Assembly (NCBI GenBank): GCA_964587005.1
Contig: CAZPJW010000004.1
Coordinates: 1 to 33,231, forward strand
Origin: Candidatus Woesearchaeota archaeon
Lineage (GTDB): Archaea; Nanobdellota; Nanobdellia; SCGC-AAA011-G17; PNOQ01
Length of the DNA: 33,231 nucleotides
Direction: 5' to 3'
This document shows, in pieces, positions 25,679-33,231 of this stretch; the first letter of the stretch is position 1, and each line of letters opens with the position of its first letter. The translations under genes were made by a program, and so were the position numbers. A model generated the notes under the pieces. That model was given only the letters and a program-made list of their open reading frames with translations, was not told the DNA's origin and did no database searches.

Positions 25679-25760
25679 GGTAAAACTCTAATACAAACAT
25701 TATTTATAAAACTTACTTTAAAGCCAAAAACTTAAAAATGAACTTATTTCTTTTCAGACT

Positions 25761-27215
25761 ATGAATATTAAAGAATATCAAGAAAAAATAGAAGAAATCC
25801 TAGTAAAAACTCTAAAAAAAACACCAAAAAAGAAAATAGGGATTTTATTTTCGGGCGGAATAGATTCACTAATGTTAGCAGTTTACTTAAAAAAACTAAA
25901 ATACAATTTCACTTGTTACACTTCAGCATACAAAGAAGATTCACAAGATTTAATATTCGCAAAAGAAATAGTAAAAGAATTAAACCTAAATCTGAAATTT
26001 AAAATACTAAATATAGAAAAAATTCCAAAATACCTAGAAAAAGTAGTTTCGATAATAAACCAAACAAATCCGATCAATGTTTCAGTTGCTCTAACAGTTT
26101 ATGTGGCGGCAGAATTGGCAAAAAAAGACAAAACAGAAATATTATTTTCGGGGCTAGGTTCAGATGAGATTTTCGGAGGATATAACAGACACAAAACTTC
26201 AAAAAATTTAAATAAAGAGCTAAAAGAAGGACTAGAAAAAGTATACGAAGATGATTTAGTAAGAGACAAAAAAATAATTTCACATTTCAAAATAAAACCT
26301 TCAATTCCTTATCTAGAAAAAGAATTAGTTGACTACGCTCTAAAAATTCCAGAAAAATACAAAATAAATAAAGGAATAAATAAATTAATTTTAAGAGAAC
26401 TAGCAATAAAAAATAAAATACCAAAGAAATACGCCCTAAGACCAAAAAAAGCCGCACAATACGGTTCAAAATTTGACAAAGCAATAGAAAAACTTTCCGA
26501 AAAAAAGAAAAAGTCAGAATATCTAAATCAATATATGAAACTCGGAGTTTTATTCAGCTCAGGAAAGGATTCAACATATGCAACCCATTTAATGAAAGAT
26601 TACGACATACCTTGTCTAATTACAATAAAATCAAAAAATCCAGATTCCTACATGTATCACACACCAAACATTGACTTAACAGAATTACAAGCAGAATCAA
26701 TGCAAATCCCAATAATTCTACAAGAAACAACTGGTAAAAAAGAAGACGAGTTAAAAGACCTAGAAAAAGCATTAATCAAAGCAATAAAAAAATACAAAAT
26801 TCAAGGAATTATAACTGGAGCATTATTTTCAGATTATCAAAGAGAAAGAATAGAAAAAATAGCAGACAAATTAAATCTAAGAGTTTTTAATCCATTATGG
26901 CACAAAAACCAAGAAGAGGTAATGAGGGAATTAATAAAGAATGATTTTAAAATAATTTTTTCTTCAATAGCAGCAGATGGTTTAGATAAATCCTGGTTAA
27001 ATAAAATAATTACAAATGATGATGTCGATAAACTAGTAAAACTAAGTAAAAAAAACGGACTAAATATTGCTGGAGAAGGGGGAGAATTCGAATCATTAGT
27101 TCTAGACTGTCCTTTATTCAACAAAAAACTAGAAATCCTAGAAACAGAAATAAAAGAAGAAACAAAAAACACAGCAAAATTAATTATAACAAAAGCAAAA
27201 CTACTCAAAAAGTAA
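25761..27215 (+). CDS. dph6: fusion of an asparagine-synthetase C-terminal-like PP-loop domain and diphthine--ammonia ligase (Dph6)
   Basis: N-half FSGGIDS, SGLGSDEIFGGY, RPKKAAQYGS; C-half from 26535 FSSGKDS, NPDSYMYH, GALFSDYQ, PLW, AGEGGEFESLVLDCPLF. Confidence 0.85.
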   Translation: MNIKEYQEKIEEILVKTLKKTPKKKIGILFSGGIDSLMLAVYLKKLKYNFTCYTSAYKEDSQDLIFAKEIVKELNLNLKFKILNIEKIPKYLEKVVSIINQTNPINVSVALTVYVAAELAKKDKTEILFSGLGSDEIFGGYNRHKTSKNLNKELKEGLEKVYEDDLVRDKKIISHFKIKPSIPYLEKELVDYALKIPEKYKINKGINKLILRELAIKNKIPKKYALRPKKAAQYGSKFDKAIEKLSEKKKKSEYLNQYMKLGVLFSSGKDSTYATHLMKDYDIPCLITIKSKNPDSYMYHTPNIDLTELQAESMQIPIILQETTGKKEDELKDLEKALIKAIKKYKIQGIITGALFSDYQRERIEKIADKLNLRVFNPLWHKNQEEVMRELIKNDFKIIFSSIAADGLDKSWLNKIITNDDVDKLVKLSKKNGLNIAGEGGEFESLVLDCPLFNKKLEILETEIKEETKNTAKLIITKAKLLKK

Positions 27216-27572
27216 ATATCTTACGTCATCATCAAGAGAAACATAAGAAGCAGCGTCAACACGTTCCATCCTTTCTAAAGCTTCAGTAGTTTCAGAACGA
27301 CTTCTTAGTATATGTCCCTCTTCTGGACAAGGAGTATATTTACTATCTACAAAATCAACTACAACTGGCCTACTCCCAATTACCCCATTAGAATTAACTA
27401 AAAACTCTAAAGGATTATCTCCAATAACAACCCCCAACCTTATACTTTCCCAAGTTTTATAGACTTTAATCATTACCGGGCCATTTGCCCAAAGAGTGTC
27501 TTTCCTAATTTTTTCAGATTTTTCGGCCCATTCAGAAATAATCTTCTGCCTTTCATTCATCGCTACGGTCAT
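27201..27572 (-). CDS. hypothetical protein, 123 aa
   Basis: ORF with leading-strand-like composition matching neighbouring minus-strand genes; no motif recognised. Confidence 0.6.
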   Translation of the reverse strand: MTVAMNERQKIISEWAEKSEKIRKDTLWANGPVMIKVYKTWESIRLGVVIGDNPLEFLVNSNGVIGSRPVVVDFVDSKYTPCPEEGHILRSRSETTEALERMERVDAASYVSLDDDVRYLLFE

Positions 27573-27591
27573 AAAAAACGGGAATAAAAAC

Positions 27592-28776
27592 TCACTTATA
27601 AATCTTTATACTTTTAACAGAACTCTTCAACCAATCTTGTTTCATCAAATAGCCACCATACTCTTTCAAATTTAGATATTTTCTCTTTAATACAGTACAC
27701 GTTCTACCTTTTTTAATTGAAATTTTCTTCCACCTTTTTGTAAAAGCAACAACATGTTTTTTATCTTTTACACTAGGCCCAACATGCAATTTATTCTTTT
27801 TCAATTTCTCAGCTTTAAACCAAAAATAAACTTCATCTCCAAATTTCCAACCATAGTCTTTAACATCAAAATCATAACGAACAAACTCTTTTTTCATCCG
27901 TTCAAGCAAACTCAATAACTTAGCACCAACAATATCTTTTTTCCCATCTAAGGGTTTAATTTGAAAAATAGTATAGCCTTTAAGTTTACTCAATAAAACT
28001 TCTTTCTTAATAAAAAAATTCTTATTTCCATTATACGCCTTACAAAGTTTTACAAATTTTTCATAATTTCTTTTACCAATTGCTGCAGCCGCATTTCTAT
28101 CCTTCTGAACAGGATCAACAATAATCAAAGGACCATGTTTTTTTGACTTGCTCATAGAAGCTAAAATCTTTCCTTTATTCCCTTTAAAACAAATTACTTC
28201 ATTAGATTTCCATTTTCTAACTTCCTTAATTAAATTATCAAATCCGCCATAATAAATAACTAACAATTCACAAACATAACCTGAAAATCCCTTTATGTAC
28301 GATTCTGCCCCATACAACCCATTAGCCTTCAAAAACAATTTAAACAATTTAATATCTTTTTGAATTTTCTTACTACTCTTTCTTTTAACAAATTTGACAT
28401 GTAATGGAGAAACATCCATAATATTCTCTGCCTTTTCGGCCTTCCTAATATTTAAAACTGGAACAATCTCAAAAATCAAATCATTATATTTTACATGATA
28501 ATAATCTCTACTTCCATGAACTTTCACAACTTTCTTAAATTTCCCCCGTAGAAACTTCCCTAACTCCTTAGAAATATCTGAAAATCTACTCTTATAAGGA
28601 AATCTAGCAAAAACATCAATATCTAAATTTCCTTTCAAAAAAGTGTTTTTTGCATAACTTCCACCAACAAAAAATTTAATATTTTTATTTTTTAACAATC
28701 CTAAAAATTCTTTTATAGTTTCCTTTAACTCTTGCTCTTCCTTCTTATTTAAAATAATTGAATCCAAAATTGACAT
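27592..28776 (-). CDS. cca: CCA-adding enzyme (archaeal class I tRNA nucleotidyltransferase)
   Basis: GGSYAKNT...DIDVF, HGSRDY, EIVP, MDVSPLH, LYGAESYIKGFSGY, IVDPVQKDRNAAAA. Confidence 0.95.
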   Translation of the reverse strand: MSILDSIILNKKEEQELKETIKEFLGLLKNKNIKFFVGGSYAKNTFLKGNLDIDVFARFPYKSRFSDISKELGKFLRGKFKKVVKVHGSRDYYHVKYNDLIFEIVPVLNIRKAEKAENIMDVSPLHVKFVKRKSSKKIQKDIKLFKLFLKANGLYGAESYIKGFSGYVCELLVIYYGGFDNLIKEVRKWKSNEVICFKGNKGKILASMSKSKKHGPLIIVDPVQKDRNAAAAIGKRNYEKFVKLCKAYNGNKNFFIKKEVLLSKLKGYTIFQIKPLDGKKDIVGAKLLSLLERMKKEFVRYDFDVKDYGWKFGDEVYFWFKAEKLKKNKLHVGPSVKDKKHVVAFTKRWKKISIKKGRTCTVLKRKYLNLKEYGGYLMKQDWLKSSVKSIKIYK

Positions 28777-28777
28777 T

Positions 28778-29863
28778 TTATAAATTTAAATCTATAATTG
28801 GTTCATTATTTTCGTTAACACCAATTATCATCTGGAAATCTTCTACACTTGAACCCGGACTAAACTGAACTCCATCAATGCCTGAAGCCAAACCGTTTAT
28901 AACAACAAACTTGCCCATCATCGGACTATACTGGATTCCTTCTAAACTATCCTTTATCTCAATTTCTGTCTCAGTAGGTACTTTCGCAGAAATCCGAGTA
29001 AGAGTTGGTCTAACAAATTTTATCAATGGTCGCTCTACTTTTTCAAATTGCAAAGTCGTTTGTAACTTATCATTTACCATAGTTTTCACGTATTGATTTC
29101 CACCTACGGTCAAGGATAACTCCATTAAAAATGTTGCTTCATCAAAATCACTTTCACTGCTTCCACGAGCATATGCACAATTTCCATCCCCCATACAGCT
29201 TAATCCGGGAGGACAACCACATTCATTACAATCCGCTACAAAATCTCCATCCGAACAATAAACAGGAGCATTACCAATCTGACATTCCATATTCCAGATT
29301 AAATCAGAACACCTACTAAGATAACTAGAATAACACTCCCCATTTGAATCACACTCATCTCTTCCTGGACCAGGAACACTTTCACAAGTAAGATCTCCCC
29401 CATTACATTCAACATGAGAAACAGAATAACAATCTCCATCAGAAGCACACTCATCAGGACTATTCCCTTGCTTTTCCATGCAAGCAAAACTTCCAGGGAT
29501 TACTTCAACACATCCTAAATAAGTATCTCCGGGGCCACTTCCATCCGAAAGACAACTCCCGCTTTCTTGACAAGTATTCCCGTCTGGGCAACCACACGTA
29601 CCGCAATCATCAATAAAAATTCCACAATCCTCTTGATTCTCTACAATTGCTGGACAATATTCAGGCAAATACGGTCCACATTGTCCAACAGGGATATCGA
29701 CAGGAGAACCATTAATCTCTGAAGGGCAAGGGATACCACAGTTAGCAGGATCTTGACCAATAGCCCTACCAGTAATTTCAATCAAATCGCCCCTAACATA
29801 TCCAAACCCAAATATAAGAAGAACTACAAATACAAAAATACTAACCTTATGCACTCTTTTCAT
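28778..29863 (-). CDS. secreted Cys-rich protein with two CGCP-type modules and a tandem Cys repeat
   Basis: N-terminal TM then ITGRAIG; DCGTCGCPDG..C..SGSC and DCNECGCPPG..C..DGNC. Confidence 0.7.
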   Translation of the reverse strand: MKRVHKVSIFVFVVLLIFGFGYVRGDLIEITGRAIGQDPANCGIPCPSEINGSPVDIPVGQCGPYLPEYCPAIVENQEDCGIFIDDCGTCGCPDGNTCQESGSCLSDGSGPGDTYLGCVEVIPGSFACMEKQGNSPDECASDGDCYSVSHVECNGGDLTCESVPGPGRDECDSNGECYSSYLSRCSDLIWNMECQIGNAPVYCSDGDFVADCNECGCPPGLSCMGDGNCAYARGSSESDFDEATFLMELSLTVGGNQYVKTMVNDKLQTTLQFEKVERPLIKFVRPTLTRISAKVPTETEIEIKDSLEGIQYSPMMGKFVVINGLASGIDGVQFSPGSSVEDFQMIIGVNENNEPIIDLNL

Positions 29864-29941
29864 ACATATTCCTTAATCAAAACTATTTTATAAAGTTTCC
29901 CATAGAAATGATTATAAACTTAAAATTAAACAAGATAAGAA

Positions 29942-30715
29942 ATGATAAAAATTGGTCCTTCCGGCATTGGTGGAAAAAGTGAAGCCAAAGAAAACTTAGA
30001 ATATTTAAACAAAAATAAACTGGAAGCTGCAGAAGTTGCTTTTACTTATTCAGTCTACTTAAAAAAAGACGACGCAATAAAAATAAGGAAGTTAGCAAAA
30101 GAATTAAACATAGATTTAAGCATACATGGATCATATTATATTAATCTAAACTCTCCAGACAAAAAGAAAGTAGCAATGAGTAAAAAAAGAATTCTAGATG
30201 CATGTGAAATTGGCCATTACCTTGGAGCAAAATATGTAGTATTCCATCCCGGCTTTGTTGGAAAATCCACAAGAGAAGAAACCTATGAAAATATCAAAAA
30301 AGAAATGATTATATTACAAAAATACATTGAAGAGAAAAAATGGAAAGTCAAATTAGCACCAGAAACAACCGGCAAAGTAAGTGTCTTTGGTTCATTAGAT
30401 GAAACTCTAAAACTGGCAAAAGAAACTAAAACAGCATTTTGTATAGATTTTGCACATTTAAAAGCAAGAAACAACGGAGATATAGACTTCAAAGAAGTAA
30501 TAAAAAAACTAAAAGGACACAAACACATACACTGCCATTATTCCGGAATTGCTTACTCTGAAAAAGGAGAAAAACATCATATTCCAATAGAAATAAAAGA
30601 ATTCAAAACAATTATAAGTGAATTAAAAAAACAAAAAATAAATTGTACAATAATTTGTGAGGCTCCAGATACATACGGAGACGCAATAAAAATGCAAAAT
30701 GAAAATAAAAGCTAA
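29942..30715 (+). CDS. nfo: endonuclease IV-like AP endonuclease (TIM barrel)
   Basis: IHGSYYINL, HPG, APETTG, CIDFAH, HCH, HH and CE metal-ligand motifs. Confidence 0.85.
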   Translation: MIKIGPSGIGGKSEAKENLEYLNKNKLEAAEVAFTYSVYLKKDDAIKIRKLAKELNIDLSIHGSYYINLNSPDKKKVAMSKKRILDACEIGHYLGAKYVVFHPGFVGKSTREETYENIKKEMIILQKYIEEKKWKVKLAPETTGKVSVFGSLDETLKLAKETKTAFCIDFAHLKARNNGDIDFKEVIKKLKGHKHIHCHYSGIAYSEKGEKHHIPIEIKEFKTIISELKKQKINCTIICEAPDTYGDAIKMQNENKS

Positions 30716-31016
30716 ATATAACTCAAAAAAAGAATGGAAACAAGACCCAAAAGGATATTTTCTAATTAGGATTAACAAAAATCAAATTGAAGTGGCTCAC
30801 GTAAAAAATAACCATTCAAATCATCCAAAAAAAGATTTAGAAAAAGCAACCGTTTTCGTTGGAAAAAATGCAGAAGAATTATACAATACAATAATCAAAA
30901 AAAATTTAATTTCTCTAAAAGAACATGCAGCATATTTAGGTTCAGAACTTCAAAAAGCAGAAATTGCAATGAAAAATAAATTGAAATATATTCAAGATGA
31001 AGAATTAAATATCTAA
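30699..31016 (+). CDS. standalone DUF4346-like protein
   Basis: DPKGYFLI, G..AEELY..I, EHAAYLGSELQKAE, YIQD pattern. Confidence 0.75.
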   Translation: MKIKAKYNSKKEWKQDPKGYFLIRINKNQIEVAHVKNNHSNHPKKDLEKATVFVGKNAEELYNTIIKKNLISLKEHAAYLGSELQKAEIAMKNKLKYIQDEELNI

Positions 31017-31295
31017 ATAATAAGTGCCTTTATTGTATTTTAGTTTCTCTCTTCCAACCAATCTTCCCAATTCCTTTCTGATTTCTTTATCACTGTAATC
31101 TGGACCGACATGCACGCGCAATTTACCCACTTCATCGCGATGAACTCTCAATTCAACAGCCATCCTTCTCATGAGTTTATCATCTAAACTAAGATCTTCT
31201 TCTACCTCTTCAGCAACTACGAAATCCAAATTCTTATTGGTATCTCTTCCTCCACGATTTGGTCCTTTTTTTCCATATTTCCTACCATGGGCCAT
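31005..31295 (-). CDS. hypothetical protein, about 96 aa (start likely MAHGRK at 31295)
   Basis: The longer track start overlaps the upstream gene; no motif recognised. Confidence 0.55.
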   Translation of the reverse strand: MAHGRKYGKKGPNRGGRDTNKNLDFVVAEEVEEDLSLDDKLMRRMAVELRVHRDEVGKLRVHVGPDYSDKEIRKELGRLVGREKLKYNKGTYYLDI

Positions 31296-31320
31296 AAAGA
31301 TTAGAAGTAACATAAAATAT

Positions 31321-31695
31321 TTAAGATGTACCAAAATAACCATCTAGCCAACTATTTAAAATTCCTATCTCTTTTATCCTTTGAGAATATCCTGGCCCCT
31401 TCATCTCCAAAACCCAAAGTGCAGGTTCAGTATTTTTTAACTCTTCTAAATTCATATCATCAACAGGAGCAATATTATAATGTAGAACTAATTCACCAAC
31501 AATCTTTTCTTGAGTGTCTTTATCATAAACACACAGAGGACTTTTAACACCACCAACCATCAATACCCCGGAAGGAATAGAAAAAGATTTAAAAACTTCA
31601 TCAGCAATAGCATCCATATTTTCTTCTATTTCACTATCACTTAAAGAAACTAAACCAGTTTTTTCATCAAGTTTCCCAATGAGGCCTAAACTCAT
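31321..31695 (-). CDS. hypothetical protein, 124 aa
   Basis: ORF in tandem with neighbours; no motif recognised. Confidence 0.6.
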   Translation of the reverse strand: MSLGLIGKLDEKTGLVSLSDSEIEENMDAIADEVFKSFSIPSGVLMVGGVKSPLCVYDKDTQEKIVGELVLHYNIAPVDDMNLEELKNTEPALWVLEMKGPGYSQRIKEIGILNSWLDGYFGTS

Positions 31696-31717
31696 GGGGA
31701 TGAGAGTTTTCTACAAT

Positions 31718-32635
31718 TTAAAAATCTTTCTTTATCTTAGCTACAAAGAACCCATCAGTATCATTATTTTGTGGCCAGATTCTCAGACATTTAAAAACTT
31801 CAGAATTAAACTTCTTCCCTTCAAACTCTAAAACTGGAGAAGAACTCTTCAATCCAGAAACATCAATCTTCTCTAATTTAGCATTATCAAACTCATCTAA
31901 CAAATATGAAACAACGCCCTCATTTTCTTCAGGTTCTAAAGTACATGTTGAATAAACTAAAACTCCTCCTTTATTCAAATTATTAAAAGCAGTTTTTATC
32001 AATTGCCTCTGAACACCAGAAACCCTCTTAGCAATATTTGGATACCATTCTTTAATTGTATTCGGACTCTTTCTCAAAGTTCCAGTACCCGAGCAAGGAG
32101 CGTCCAACAAAACTTTATCAAATTTAAAATTGGAAAAAAATCTACCTTCCATTAGGCTAATAATCACATTAGTAATACCACTTCTTTGAACATTCATACT
32201 AAGTGCCTTTAACCGATTATAATTATTATCATTGGCCACAATCAAACCCTTATTTTTCATTTTTGCAGCAATCTGGGTTGTTTTACTTCCAGGAGCAGCA
32301 GCCATATCCAAAACAAAATCATCTTTATTAGGATTTAAAACTTCAACAGGAACCATAGAACTAGCCTCCTGAACATAAAAATGGCCCATGCTATGTCCAA
32401 ATAAATTCCCTAAGTCAGTTCTAGAAGAATTTACAAAAAAACCTTCTTTACACCAAGGTATTTGTTTTAACTTTAAATCAGAATATTTCTTTTTAAAGTC
32501 ACTAACAGAAATCTTCAAAGTGTTTACTCGAATGCTTTTTCTCTTATCTCGCATAGAATATTCTTTAAATTTCTCAAAATTGGTTAGCTTAGAATATCTT
32601 TCAACAAACTTTTCTTTAAATTCGGGATATTTCAT
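31718..32635 (-). CDS. RsmB/NOP2 (NOL1/Sun) RNA cytosine-C5 methyltransferase
   Basis: FYVQEASS, DMAAAPGSKT, DAPCSG, YSTCTLEPEENE, DGFFVA; start set at ATG 32635 (TAATG overlap with the pilin stop). Confidence 0.93.
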   Translation of the reverse strand: MKYPEFKEKFVERYSKLTNFEKFKEYSMRDKRKSIRVNTLKISVSDFKKKYSDLKLKQIPWCKEGFFVNSSRTDLGNLFGHSMGHFYVQEASSMVPVEVLNPNKDDFVLDMAAAPGSKTTQIAAKMKNKGLIVANDNNYNRLKALSMNVQRSGITNVIISLMEGRFFSNFKFDKVLLDAPCSGTGTLRKSPNTIKEWYPNIAKRVSGVQRQLIKTAFNNLNKGGVLVYSTCTLEPEENEGVVSYLLDEFDNAKLEKIDVSGLKSSSPVLEFEGKKFNSEVFKCLRIWPQNNDTDGFFVAKIKKDF

Positions 32636-33126
32636 TATGAACACACTTCTACAGAGTTCACATTAAACTCAACGGCCGCACATTGTCCCGTCGTGCCATC
32701 CTCTAAGTCAATAGTTTTTATGTATTTTATTTTTTCTATAATAACAGTAGAAATATCAAATGTTGGAGTAACAATCACACTAGCAAATCCAAATCTACCT
32801 AGCAAGATATCTCCTGGAGGAGTAGTATCTAAGAATCCAATTTCAGTACTGCCAGCATCCAAAAAGTAAGTTAAACTTATATTCCTAACTCCGTAAGAAC
32901 CCTCATTCTTAACATTAAATCTTAAATCACTTTCAACCCTACAAATCTCTTGAAAATTTAAAGTACTTTTACTACAACCATGACTTATTGCAGCTTGCCT
33001 CTCAGCATTACCCGTCTGTTCATTAGAAAACCCCCTCATAAACTGAACAACAATAATAGACAATACAACTGCCGCACCAATTAGCAAAACAGTAGCAATA
33101 AATGGACTAACACCTTTTCTATTCAT
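32635..33126 (-). CDS. archaeal type IV pilin-like protein (class III signal peptide)
   Basis: MNRKG|VSPFIATVLLIGAAVVLSIIV prepilin cleavage site and hydrophobic N-terminal helix. Confidence 0.85.
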   Translation of the reverse strand: MNRKGVSPFIATVLLIGAAVVLSIIVVQFMRGFSNEQTGNAERQAAISHGCSKSTLNFQEICRVESDLRFNVKNEGSYGVRNISLTYFLDAGSTEIGFLDTTPPGDILLGRFGFASVIVTPTFDISTVIIEKIKYIKTIDLEDGTTGQCAAVEFNVNSVEVCS

Positions 33127-33231
33127 AACTTAAATCTAGAATGAATCTATTTAAATATTTCTATAAATTTATTTCTTTCTGTTATCCCGAAACTGGTTCG
33201 CATCACGAAACTAATTCGTTCCAAACACATT

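Noticed and set aside
1-33231. Diversity-generating retroelement, rRNA, or stop-codon recoding
   Set aside because: No reverse transcriptase or TR/VR pair with adenine-specific mismatches, no rRNA-like sequence, and conserved genes are full length under the standard code.
33127-33231. RNase P/SRP RNA or CDS fragment at the right edge
   Set aside because: Too short and truncated to support; no diagnostic conserved motif recognised.

Overview
AT-rich archaeal DNA that looks like DPANN (Woesearchaeota/Pacearchaeota-like). The evidence is an archaeal psmB-aCPSF1 pair, class I CCA-adding enzyme, RNase HII, SMC, Dph6, class III signal-peptide pilin, A1:U72 initiator tRNA-Met without encoded CCA, and many acidic, Cys-rich surface proteins. 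The standout is an apparently intact 4,439-bp cargo-carrying transposon at 17911-22349. It has perfect 15-bp terminal inverted repeats (GGCTTTGCACAATAA) and a perfect 9-bp target-site duplication (GGTTAACAC), matching the IS5-family IS903-group signature. It encodes one DDE transposase and an RHH regulator missed by the ORF track, plus about 3 kb of cargo. The cargo is a papain-like (C1A) protease with its own signal peptide and an upstream lipoprotein whose C-terminus looks like the protease's missing propeptide. A Cys-rich 'CGCP' module in this protease recurs in two host surface proteins outside the element. Other notable items are a RelBE-type TA pair, a UPF0175-like/PIN pair, a STAS protein in an organism presumably lacking sigma factors, an AsnB-C/Dph6 fusion, a secreted HExxHxxGxxD metalloprotease, and an in-frame repeat-flanked domain in a surface protein. 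All family assignments come from reading motifs by eye; no searches were run.
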